Shown: piece by piece, positions 35,701 to 47,118 of the stretch | How positions within the stretch are numbered: the stretch's first letter is position 1 | Layout of the letters: the number at the start of each line of letters is the position of its first letter | Assembly (NCBI GenBank): GCA_000708835.1 | Contig: DF237072.1 | Coordinates: 121,779 to 185,778, forward strand | Source: Klebsormidium nitens | Lineage: Eukaryota; Plantae; Klebsormidiophyceae | Direction: 5' to 3' | DNA: 64,000 nt | Notes under the pieces: generated by a model | Seen by the model: the letters and a program-made list of their open reading frames with translations, nothing else | Database searches by the model: none | Told to the model about the DNA's origin: nothing | Program-made: the position numbers and the translations under genes

Positions 35701-38700
35701 CATCGAACGTGTCGCCCTAAATCAGTGCCGGGCTTCCTTCGTTTTATGTGAGGTCTCGCGGTACTTTTCACTGCAACGTGTGCTATACCCCAAATGTCCC
35801 GATGTTGACGGGAAGTGTTGACCGGCAAAACTGCCGAGGTGTTCTTATTCTCTAGGATGGGGTATGCGTTTCCAGAAGACGCGCTCGTATACGAGTGCCT
35901 TTCTAGCGCTGTCACTGCAGAAGGCGGTGATCAGTACCCGAGGCCCTGGCTTCATATTCTTTGCCAGAGATGGGCCCAATTCAAAGTGTTGCGTGAAGCC
36001 CTCTCGTGGAACAACTTGCTCTATGCTGCCGTCCGCACAAGCCGAAGGCGCCTTGCTCTCGAGTGGTAGGGTCATCGTCTGTTTGAACTGCCTAGCCTAT
36101 CATGCACTATCTCCGGAGAAGTGTGCTCGTGCGTACACGAATCCTCCACGCTTTTGGCGACTTCTTCACTGAGGCGTTCGCTGTCGTTTCCAGAACGGCC
36201 GCGAGGTGAATCTCTCGACTGCTCATCGGGCTTACGATGGAACCTGAGCAACCAATGTAAGGACGGCAACAAAGTGTTCTTATCAAAGGGCACGCTCCTG
36301 CCGAGCGACTCTTTTACTTCCTATCGTCAAATACTTTTTGATAGTCAATCCGCTCTTGATATTTCCATATTTTTCAGGCCCCTGTGCTTGTGCCGATTAG
36401 AATGACAAGCCAATATCTGAGGTACCCAGCTTGTTGAAGTCTCCACCTTTCTCCGCCACATTGACGCGCCCTTATCGTCCAAGGGAATGTTCCTTGTGTT
36501 TCTTGGTGAACCGTACTGAGAGAAGTTGCAATGACCTTTTGGACTGGGTCGCCTGGCCTGACCTTAAGCTTGAGCTTGAGCTTGAGCTTGAGCGTGGCTA
36601 GATGTAGAACTTGGAGTGTCCAATTGGGCTAACCTTGCAAGGCTGAGGCGTTTTGAACTTGGAGCAAGGGGCCCAAGTTTAGAGCGAGCTTCCTTGCCTT
36701 CAGATTTGTCACGGACCATTGATCACTATAGAAGCGATGCTCCCAAGCTCAAGACAACCTCGGCGGAAGAAGAATAGCAAGCCCATCACTTCCTTTGATA
36801 CTGCGTTGCGGAGCAGTATCTGACTAATCGTTCCGTTCGTCTTGCATTTGCTAGGTGGGCAGCTTGTCACGGTCATCGCCGGTGGTGATGACGTAATCCA
36901 AACGGTTCCGTACTGGACGGACACGCCACGGGAGCCAGCTTCATGCCGCGAGCAGCTTCCGAAGGTGGGCTTTCAGAGCAAGCATTGCATTCTGTGGTTT
37001 TGACGCACAGCCGGTTCCTAAGCCTCCTGGGGAAATCTTGACGAATCTGGTAGTCAACAAATTCCATTTCAGGTTAGACAAGTCTTTTTTTTGTTCGAAA
37101 TCGCAGTGGACACAACCTAATGACAATGCAGATCCTGTGGCACATGAACCACCGTCGACATGTTGGTCACGGAGTTGGTACCGCAGTGCTGAAGGACAAG
37201 TTTGTAACACAGCCAGGGGAACGTTTGCGGCTTTGGAAGCAGGCAGAAGGCGCGTCGGCTCTTTGCTTCATCTTGTTTGCGTGTCTCCTTTCAAATTGGC
37301 CGAAACTGCACTCTCGTTGCAGTCGCTTGGGAGGGTTGAACCTTTCTAACGTACCTATCATGTCCATCTTTTGCTTGATCCTCGCGCCGACTTTGTGCGG
37401 AGTCGCCTTCTTTAGATCGACAAAAGCCGAAAAGATTGCACACAATCTCCTGTTTGTCCGGTGATCATATTGACTTGATTCTTCCTGCGCCGCGTTTGCA
37501 GCAGTATGCTGAAGGTGAGAGGAGTCAAAGAGGTGCGACTTGGCCGTCGCTGGAAGGCCGCTGCAATCCGGCCGGATGCAAGTACCATATACCATGAGAC
37601 TTGGAGTAATGGCATGAAGACCTGGCATCGAACGTACGTCCCTTTGAAACATACGTAGAGATCTATTGAATCCTTGCTCCGCTCATTCACACTGTTAACA
37701 TAGACGACAGGTTTCCTGTTAAGCCTGGTTCTTGTGGCTGGACGTTTCGTGCTTTCGCATCTGTGGATGTCCCCCGTTCAAACTTCTCGGAATCGCGATC
37801 TTTCTGCAAGGGGCCCAAAGATTTTCTTCAAGGCAATCAGCACATTTGCTGAACACCAGGCCAATGGAAGTTGTTGCTCTGACCTGGGGGTCAGTTCAGT
37901 TCTCTTCTCTTTGGAGGCATGTGGTACGTTTGATCGCGCCATTTGATATCGCCAGATTGGAAATCATGTGTCGCCACCCCTGGAATCGTCTGCTGTATTG
38001 AATCCCCCGACCAGGATCTGGTGATGCATCTGATAACGTAATCTAGCTTCGACTACCCACTAAAGGCGGAAAGCAGAAGTTTTCTCTATATGCGTGCAGA
38101 ACTCTAGGTCTGCTCGGTCGGCCAGCTTTCTCTTAACCAGTCCGCCACTTGCTGGCTGGATGAAAAGTGATGGAGCTTTGCTTCTTCTTTAACTTGTTCC
38201 GACAAGAAGGGAGTTGCCACGATGTGTTGAAAAAAGGAAGCGGTCAGATCACCGTTGCTGCCTTGGTAACACTCGCTAATTATCGTTTCCTTTCTCCTTT
38301 TCGGCATCAGCTTTGTGGCACATGAATGGAGCAGATTCCGCGTAAGAAAGATGAACGTCCTGTTGCATCCGTTGCTCTGCTATCCCTGATGGTGGCGACT
38401 TTCCAAGACGCGCTCAGCATGAGTGGTCGAGTCCGTTCCGTTCTAGCTTCACGGACCTGCTATGTTCTTGAGGCATACTTTGAGTCTGAGGCTGCTTCTT
38501 GTCAAGCCCTCGGCAGGTAGTTGACTCCCAAGTCGTTCTAGAGGTTTGGGTTCTCGGGTGTTCACCATAAGTCGAGCACGTTATTGCTCGCCTGACGATT
38601 GTTTCCTCGATTCATCTTTGCATACAGTGGCAGTTGTTTCTTTTCTCGGCGGGCGCTTTCACTGCATGCAGTACCGCCTTTTTTTTTCTGAACTGGACTC

Positions 38701-39617
38701 GTTGCTTCGAGTCGGATCTACAGCTATGTAGGTTTGCCCGGTTTGAAAACCTCGGTTCTATTGGGCTTGGAGGGTTCAGCTGAGCTGAGTCCAGGTTTCC
38801 GATAGTGGAGCCGGTTAAGGATTACGTACTCCTATCTGCGAAATCTGTCCATCAAGCTAAAGCGGTTTGCAAGTTAAGCAGTTCGCAAATTTGCCGCGAA
38901 CAAACTTTTAGTATTGCCCTGACGGTGATTTGTTTTCAATGTATAGATCCAAGTATGTATCTGGGCCACTTGACCAGTAATTGTGGTGCACAGGTAGAAC
39001 TTGAACTTCTGCAATAAGCTAGTCCCGTAAGTCAGATGACGGTTGAGCACTGGACCTGCCAGTGTCCATGCAACCATAGTTTCTGAGCCTCTGTCCGTTT
39101 GCCCGACCGTCCGGAGCTGTCCGTAAACGGTTGTTACCGGTTTCTCAAGTCATTGTACTGGTTTCAAGCTGCCTTTCACATACTAATACCGGTCGTTTCT
39201 GAAGAGAGCCAACGGACCGGTACGCTTCCCTATCTGAGGTCCAAACTTATTACTTTGGATGACATGACGACATCTACTGCAAGCCGAGTCCGACCGGCCG
39301 GATCCGAAGTTCTCAGGTCCGCAATTCAGCAGTGGTATACCGTGGACACATGGTTGTACATACGAAACTACATTAAAATCATCTGTCTAGACCATGTACA
39401 CAAGATGGTAGGGTAAAAGTCAGCTGAAGAGCTCGCCAAGTCGCTCAAGTGACATCGTGCCTTATCTCCCTTCTCACTTTCCATAAAAAAGTTGGGACGT
39501 ATCACGTTTCAACAGTCTGATTTCCTAATCTGCGCCACAGCTGGAAACATCTCCTACGCAAAACTGAGCTGCTTTTCATTTTGACTCCTCCCTTTTGGTC
39601 CACGTATCAAACTCACC

Positions 39618-42600
39618 ATGGCGGCGCTTCGTGGGTCTGCGGTCTTACTGGCCCTTCTTAGCTGCCTGCTCATTGTTCCCCAGCTGGCGGAGGCGCAGTC
39701 CCAAACCATCACCGTCAGCAAGACTAAGAAGAAGGGCCTCTTCTACGTGTTTGCAGACGGCCAGGTGAGTCAGCACAGATTGGAAGTCGTACTCAGAGTC
39801 AATCTCGGTCATTGGTTGATTCTGGATGCAATGCTAGCGACGAGGACGAGCTTGTTTATTGCGGTGGAAGTCCATGGTATCGCTCTTATTAGGACTTTAT
39901 CACCTGAAGGGTCACCACTGATTAGTTCATTCTGGGTGACTGCTGGTCAAAGTCTTGAGCCCGTTGAAAAGCTAGGGGGCGGTCATGATGGGTCAGCTCT
40001 TTTGACTTCTGCAGGCTTGCTTTGGCCTCTGCAATCGAGCACTCTTGGAAGTGGTGTGTTGTTTCGCTTATTTTCTAGGTCTAGTTCATTGTCTTTTTAA
40101 CTCTTACTGTGGCTAGCATGATCGTTCTGTACGATATCATTCCTGGAAGGACAGGATCAGATTCCAAAATCTGTTGACTGACATCCACCTACCACTCTGC
40201 TCTCAACGTGCGCTAAGTCAAATGGCCAATCTTTCATGAATCTCGGTAGAAAGTAACAAAAAGTCTAGCAACCCTCTCTTTCCTGGTGTGAGGGCATCAA
40301 GGCAGCAGTGGCATCCAGGGTTGAGTGCATCTTCTAATATTGAGAACTTCTGATTGAAGCTGGAGTACCGTGTGCTCGCTCTTTTCCAGTGGTAGACTGG
40401 ACTGCAATGGACACTGGTAGTCAGAGTCGGTAGTTTGATGGCAAGGCCGGAGTCATTAAATGCGTGTGCCCTGACCACGGATGTCTAGAGCCCCATAAAA
40501 CAAGATTTGCACATGCTTGGGAAGGGGCACTTGACTAGCATAATAAAATTGAGCTGACTGGCGCCCAAGATTCCATCAATGTGACTGCGGTCTAGTTGTT
40601 CCCAGTGACAGACTGTTACTAAACCCATCGCCTACTGTGAGCAAAACCAGTTGCTGTGATTATTGACGCCGGCTGTCAACTCTCAACGGTTTCCACAAAC
40701 CGCAGGTTGTGTCTTCAGTCTCCAGATAATGGCAACGGTTGAAGCAGGGTCACTCTTAACCCACACCTTTGGACCCCCCGCCCCCTGGACCAAAGGAAGT
40801 GACTATTTGTGACTCTCTCTTCACACTACAGGGTTGTTTTTCAAACCCTCCAGATTATGGCAGCATTTGGAGCGGGGTCACTTCTAACCCAGCTTGGGTC
40901 ACCACTAACCTACACGTTTGCCCCCCCACAGATCCTGGTTATGGATGCCGTTACGGGCGTCATAGTAAAAGGTGTTGCCAACCCACTCAGTTGCAGAACA
41001 ATGAATATTACTTTCCCCTGCAGACCACATGAGTGTTTCTTTAACCCTCAGGTTATGGCAGGGTCACTTCTTACCCACCCTTTTGCCACTCCACAGACCC
41101 TGGTGATCGACGCCAGTGCGGGCGCCATAGTCAAGACCATTGCCATCCGACGGTTGCAGACACTTTGACATTTCACTGTCCCTACAAACTACACGAGTGT
41201 TTTCTTAAACCCCCAGGTTATGGGCCAGGGTCACTTCTGACCCACCCTTTTGCCCCCCCTGCAGATCCTGGTTATTGACGCAGTCGCGGGCGCCATCGTC
41301 AAGACCATTGCCAACCCCACCGTTCCCTTCCCCAACAATTGCACGGGGACGCCAATGGCGGGTTCGTGGGGGGACTCGGTTTTCGCAAACAACCACATGT
41401 TTTCGGCGTCGTACTACAGAAACGCAACCATCGGTCCTGACGACGGCATTTATGTCATCAACACCCAAACCCAGACTCTGGTGCAGCGAGTTCCCTCTGC
41501 AACGCGGCCCGTTCACGTTTTCTACGTGCCATACTTGGTGAGTGGGTGTGCATGATTTTGTTTAGCTCTTGCTTGCTGAAGGGGTTTTGTGTGGCATCCA
41601 AGTCAGGTCAGATTGGGTTTCGTTCACCAAAGGCCTGGAAAGCTGGGTTCAACCGATTTGGAATAGGTTGCGCTTGATTGAGGGAGCTACACCGGATTGA
41701 CGTTTTTTTCTGGACCTACGAGGGCCTGTTGAGGGACGTGGAAGGCTGGAGGCATCTGGGCTTGAATAGGATAAAGCACGTTCTTTTACAAGGGCCCTTC
41801 ACAGTTGGTGAAGGAGTCCTCACTCAAGAAACCTCCTTTGTATCTGCTTTTAAGCACAGGTTCTGCCGTGGCATTCGATTGATTGACTGCAAATGCTTTG
41901 GGCAGAGTGTAAACAGAGAGAGCTTTGTTATCTGAAGCTGTGATATTGATCCAGTTCTTACTTGTAGCTGGGTCTACTTGGGATTCATTTCGCTCAGTTG
42001 GTCCATGTTTATCGGTATTGACCAGTTGCAAATGTTGAACCCCCTTCCCTAGACAGTACACCCGTCACCTTGTCTTACGAGACAATTGTCCTGGGAAAGG
42101 CGACTCTTACAAGCATGCCTTCCTCTGCTGAAAGAACTTTTTGCGCTTCAAATCTTTCTTGGACCTCCTGTCATTCTGAGAATATTTTGTTGATTGACCT
42201 AATCAGACCCGTCATACCTACCACGCAAAAGAAGCCGTGCTCAGGCAGAAATCAGACACTCTCTGAACGTACCTGGTAACCCGGTGCTTCCATTTCGAAG
42301 ATAGGTCAACTTCGCATAGACAATCTTCACCTTGAGCTTTTAAAGGTGCCCCACATCCATGATCTCAATACTCTTTCTATCCATTTCTCGCAATCGTCGT
42401 CATCTCTTTGTAAAGCCCTTCCAACATGGGAAAAAGTAGCATCATGTATGCTGTTCTTGATTCCCGTCTCACTTGTAAACAACTTCTTGCCTTTGCCCAA
42501 CGAAGCTGAAGTCCAGGAAACTACAACTCTAGGCCAGCAACGTCAAACCATCCGCTTCCAGCCCTGCTCTGGAATTGACACTCACGTTAACGTCATGCTG

Positions 42601-45600
42601 ACATGTGTCCAGGACGAGGTGTGGAGCCACTCCGACGGCACTGCCAACTTTGACGTCATTGATGCGCGCAACTACTCCGCGGTGCACGAGGACGTCATTG
42701 CTCACGTCAACATCAGCGGCCATGGGAAGCTCGTTTTCAACGCTGGTACGCTTATCTCCTCCGAAGTGATGCTGCGTGCGCTATCTAGCTGACTGAGTTC
42801 TTTCCTTTGTTAAGAGGTTCTGAATCTCTTCTGTTTTCCGTGCTCTACCTTCGCGCCCTAACGCCCCCTCACATTCACTGTCTTATCCTTGACCTAATTT
42901 GCAACTTTCCCCCCAGCCTCTGCAATCTTACCAGGTCCACTGAGATTACTGAAGCTTTCAAGAGTCCGTTTTCTTAATGGTCCCAACTTGTTTGAGCCCA
43001 TCTTTGTATGTGTTTAAATGCTTCAGGGGGTGTTCCCGCTGCCCGACAGCCATTGTAGCACTGCCACTTTTAGTTGACTTTGAAAACGAAAACCTCGTTT
43101 TGCTTTTGGCTTGTCATGTTCAATCGTCGCATCTTACTCCCGGGCCTCGTTCCGGCTTGATTCCGATGCAAGCTCCCTCAGACCGGACTTCTGTACCCAT
43201 CTCTTCTTCGTGGAAAGCCACTATCCTGACTGAGCCGTTTCACACCTCCCTACAGCCCTCGACAGCAAGGCCTATGCCTCGAATGTGAACGAGCCCCGTC
43301 GTTCCTTCGCGAAGAAACTCCTGTCCTGACAGAGCCGTTTTGATTATTCCCCGAGCGCCCTACGCTCCTTTGTGGATCTAGGTAAAGGCTGAGCCGACTG
43401 AGCATTTTTCACAGCTTTCAACAGCTCTCGAGAGCAAGGCCTACGCTTGGAATGTGAACGAGCCCACGGTGCTAATTCGTAAGGAAGATTCTGACCTGAC
43501 AGAGCCGGTTCACAACTTCCAACCCTGACGCATATGCTACGCTTTTAAACGAATTGCCGACGCTTCTTTGCGAAAAATCTCTGACCTTACGGAGCCGTTT
43601 CACACCTCCCTACAGCCCTCGACAGCAAGGCCTGCGCTTCGAATGTGAACGAGCCCCCGTCGCTTCGTTGCGGGAGAAAACCCTTTCCTGACAGAGCCGT
43701 TTTAGCCCCCTACGCTAGTTCATGGAAACCGCTGAGCCGACTGAGCATTTTCACACCTCCCTACAGCCCTCGACAGCAAGGCCCACGCTTCCAATGTGAA
43801 CGAGCCTGGGGCGTTCATTCTGGACCTCGAGACCAAGGCCTCCAATGGTCAGCTCAGCTTCGTCAACTTCACCGGGCAGCCGATTTCGGGCGGCCGAGTT
43901 ACAATCTGCCCGGGGACTCACTCGCTGGCTTACTCTAAGGTGAATAACTTAATTTCTTTACCCCCTCTCTTCATCAATCTCCCCCCCTCGTGGTTTTAAT
44001 GGATCTCTTTGAAAAATTTTGCGGGCTGAGTTGAAGTGGATTGGCAAACCAACGATTGGTGCCCGGAACGAAACGATATCCTTAAGTACTTATTTTCGGA
44101 ACCTAGTAACCCGACGCTGATCAAAATATTTCGTTTCTGACTATCTCGGCTGGTTTGGATCAGGAATTTGGCTCCCCAAAGGCCGAGAGCTCCGTCGCAG
44201 TTTTTACGGCGTGTGTCTTATCTCCAAAAAAAGAAAATGCAAAATGTCCGGTATATTTCTAGGCTGACACCCAGGGCAGTCTACCGGTTTTTTCTTCCCA
44301 ACTTCAGACGCCCACAGATTTCTACATCTGCACCTTAGGGGCCGTGATTGACTACTTCTTGTCAAGGTTAACTCCGGCGTGCTCGGGCATCCAACGCAAT
44401 CATGTCAATTGAAAGCCAAACCAGGTCGCCTTTGTATCAGATCTGCTTAACAGGTGCAGTCCAACCGTGTTGCCTACTTGGTGCAATTTCGTTAGGAGAG
44501 CCCAGAAACTCGTCTTCGCTCGTTTAAGCCCTTTCATACAAAGAACGGTCCGCTTAACCCGGCGCTTGATCAGGTCGGACATCTAATGCATCAGTCGTGT
44601 CTTGAGAATCTTAACCAGGTCGGTTGGAAGTGCGGGTCAACCGGCACGCGTATTTTGAGTGCCCTTCCGCCGGGGATCCCCCAAACTCGTCCGATTAATG
44701 TTCTGCGTTAACCTTCCTTTCAGGAAGTTCGATTAACCCGCCCTTAACCAGGTCAAACTCCAACCCTTTGATCAGGCCTTGAGAAACCAATCAGGTTGGT
44801 TAAATGTGCAGGTCAACCGGCACGCCTACTTTGAGTGCACTTCCGTCAGGGACCCCACAAACTCGTCCAACATTCTGCTATACCCGGGGGTTGTCGAGAT
44901 CGATACCGACGACGACACCGTCGTGAACCAGCTGCCCTTCACTGTGAGATCCGGAACGCCCTCCTGATCTAGTTGTTGGATGGGCATTGAACTTGTGACG
45001 CCGGTTCAACCCCCGTTCTGGTTCATCTGAGCGCGACAAATTCGTGACGCCTGCCAGAAGTTGGGTCAAACAAGCTTACGTCGCAGGTTCGTCCGGTGTC
45101 AGCGTCCGTCTAAATGTGTTCTCGACATGTTTCGTATATGTCGGTTGACACTGTTGTCCTGCCTTCACAAGACCCTGACTAAGAGGTCCTCTCCGGTAGA
45201 TCACTGGTCCCAATATCAGAGCACGGTCTGCCGAATCGATTTGAGGAACTGACCTTGAACCAACTCAGTAGATTTTGCAGACCCGATATATGAAGGTATC
45301 CTCCTGCCTCTTCTTGACGCGACTCTGCTCAAGCATACCTGGCCTTTCCTTTCACGTTGCCTCCCGGCAAGAACCATCTCGTTCGATTGGCCTTGCTTTT
45401 CATGCTCGAATTCTAATAGACTTGCTCAATTCATTCTTCCCAAAACTCAAGCTTTCTGTGGATTGATCCGCTCCCACCTAACCGGACCACCTACATCATA
45501 GCACCAGTACATACCTTTCTCATGCGCCGAGGCCAAGTTCTGACGCCTCCTGACTTCGTTGTAGTGCACCCGCTTTCTGATGCTGACTCCTGACTTGCAT

Positions 45601-47118
45601 TCAAGTCGAGACTCGTTCTCTTCTTGTCCTTGCCGAATTAGGCTCGTCTAACCTTATGCTTCCAGAGTCCTCTTATCACGTGAGCATCTCTTGCAAAGTT
45701 CAAACCCTGTTCGATTCCATCCCAAGGCCATCTCGCCCGAGGAGCGGTTGCTGACCGTTTCAGAATTCCCCTTCGGACGTAAGTATCTCTTCGAGGCTCA
45801 CCTTAAAAGCCCATAACCCAAAAACGTGAAACCCTAACCCCAAATCCTGCTGTTTCACAGGGTCATTTGGCGACCACGCCCGACGAGCAATTTCTGACCA
45901 TCGTGAATGGCCGGGAGCGGTCCGTCAGAATCATCGAAATCACGCCCATCGGACAGCCGGACCTCTACTTCACCATCCCCCTGAATGAAACCCCGGGGGC
46001 CACCCCGGCCTTTTACCCCATGGTAAGACTTCCCCCAGTGGTTCAGCAAGCTTCAAAGGGGACAGGAAATTAACGTGCTTTCGACGCAAATGATTCCAAA
46101 CAGGAATTAGGAGATCAGAGAGATTAGAGTTTGACGCAAAAAATTCTGAAAGTGCTTCAAAGAGCTCGGTTTTTCCCGTTTGCGCCCCATTTACCCCATG
46201 GTAAGGCTTCCCGCGGTTGTTCTAGCAGCTTACAGGAAGAAATGGGGGGTGACTCAAAAAGTACTTGAAGGAGCTCCATTTTTTCCTCTCCGCACGAATC
46301 CGCCAGCACACCTGTCCAATATCAAAAAGTGCCGCCACGCGTGCCTGAAAGATACATTGAACGTCCATTTGTCTCTCCGTTTTAAGTACCTGTATTCCGC
46401 CTTCCCTGTTGGAAAGCTTTTCTTGCTTTGGCTGGTCGCTTGGGGCCGGTTCCAGGACGCTCTCACTGAGACTGACATTGTCCAACGAGATGCAACTCGT
46501 CTTGCCGTCACCCTTTTAACTTTTTCGTCCCAGGTCTGCTTACTCTGGGCGGGTGAATAACTGAACCCTCGCGCGCTCACCTTAACCGTCCCTGACCATG
46601 AAAACTCTATGTTGTGAAAAAACTCCGCCCTAACCCTCGCTAAACCCTTTTTCCTTCCTCAGAGCGACCACTACGTCATGGCTGTCCCCATGCTTAACAC
46701 CAACAAAATGGCCATCATCGACTTTGGGCTCGTCCTTAGGTGCGGCGCCAACTGCACTGACCCGGGGCAAACCGTCAAGTACGTCGATGTGGGTTACCAA
46801 AACCCGCCCGGCAGACCCGGCGCCCTAACCACCTCGCGTAGCGTCGATGCCGGTCACACCTTCATCTGCACTCCAGCCATTTACGACCAGGGGATTGGTT
46901 GCTATAACCCGATCAACGACACCTCGATCTTCATTGGGGGCGCCGCTAATCCCATCCGTAACCCCGCCCGGGTTTACTTTGCTCCGGGAGCTCTGGCCGG
47001 CGCACCAGAGAACGTGAATGCGTTGTTTAATTGCGCGGATGCCGCGACTACGCGAGGAAACTACCCGACGCTTGCGCCGGTGGTCAACCAGACCTTGATC
47101 AAGAGCGCTGCGCCGTAG
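39618..47118 (+). CDS. Secreted YVTN/YncE-like beta-propeller protein, 7 exons, ~491 aa
   Basis: Exons 39618-39764, 41265-41537, 42613-42745, 43767-43939, 44812-44943, 45861-46022 and 46663-47118 are phase-compatible. Signal peptide (VLLALLSCLLIVPQLAEA) and repeated blade motifs ILVIDAVAGAIVKTI, IYVINTQTQTLVQRV, FDVIDA, FILDLETK, VVEIDTDDDTVVNQL and MAIIDF. Confidence 0.8.
40850..41320 (+). repeat. ~165-bp tandem echoes of the exon-2 acceptor
   Basis: CAG|A(T/C)CCTGGT..GACGC..GGGCG..ATAGTCAAG at 40932 and 41097, with the real acceptor at 41265. Confidence 0.9.
43225..43810 (+). repeat. ~170-bp tandem echoes (x4) of the exon-4 acceptor
   Basis: ACAG|CCCTCGACAGCAAGGCC..AATGTGAACGAGCC at 43256, 43425 and 43616, with the real site at 43767. 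Confidence 0.9.
44610..44870 (+). repeat. 176-bp duplication of the exon-5 acceptor with AG mutated to GG in the copy
   Basis: TGCGG|GTCAACCGGCACGC at 44636 vs TGCAG|GTCAACCGGCACGC at 44812. Confidence 0.85.
45764..45778 (+). CDS. Candidate 15-nt in-frame microexon (NSPSD) of the beta-propeller gene
   Basis: GCTGAC branch point, TTTCAG acceptor, 15 nt, then a consensus GTAAGT donor. The flanking introns are phase 0. Confidence 0.45.
46005..46230 (+). repeat. 178-bp-spaced echo of the exon-6 donor
   Basis: TTTACCCCATG|GTAAG at 46023 (real) and 46201 (copy), with similar intronic tails. Confidence 0.8.

Larger units (their letters stand above)
26000..38310 (-). pseudogene. Large decayed, apparently multi-exon coding region(s) of unknown family
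   Basis: Long protein-like frames broken by stops, for example 34500-34950 and 35270-35500. Residual exon-intron structure at 32250-33045 and an internal homologous segment (32233-32425 vs 34098-34290). No recognisable domain. Boundaries approximate. Confidence 0.4.

Noticed and set aside
36567-36593. (AGCTTG)x4.5 microsatellite
   Set aside because: Ordinary slippage repeat in decayed sequence.
43225-43810. Regularly spaced repeats as a CRISPR-like array
   Set aside because: Eukaryotic intron. The units are whole degenerate duplications of a splice junction, not repeat plus unique spacer, and there are no cas genes.
45825-46650. CCCTAA/CCCTAAA telomere-like motifs
   Set aside because: Isolated copies just upstream of 3' splice sites, better explained as CTAAC branch points.
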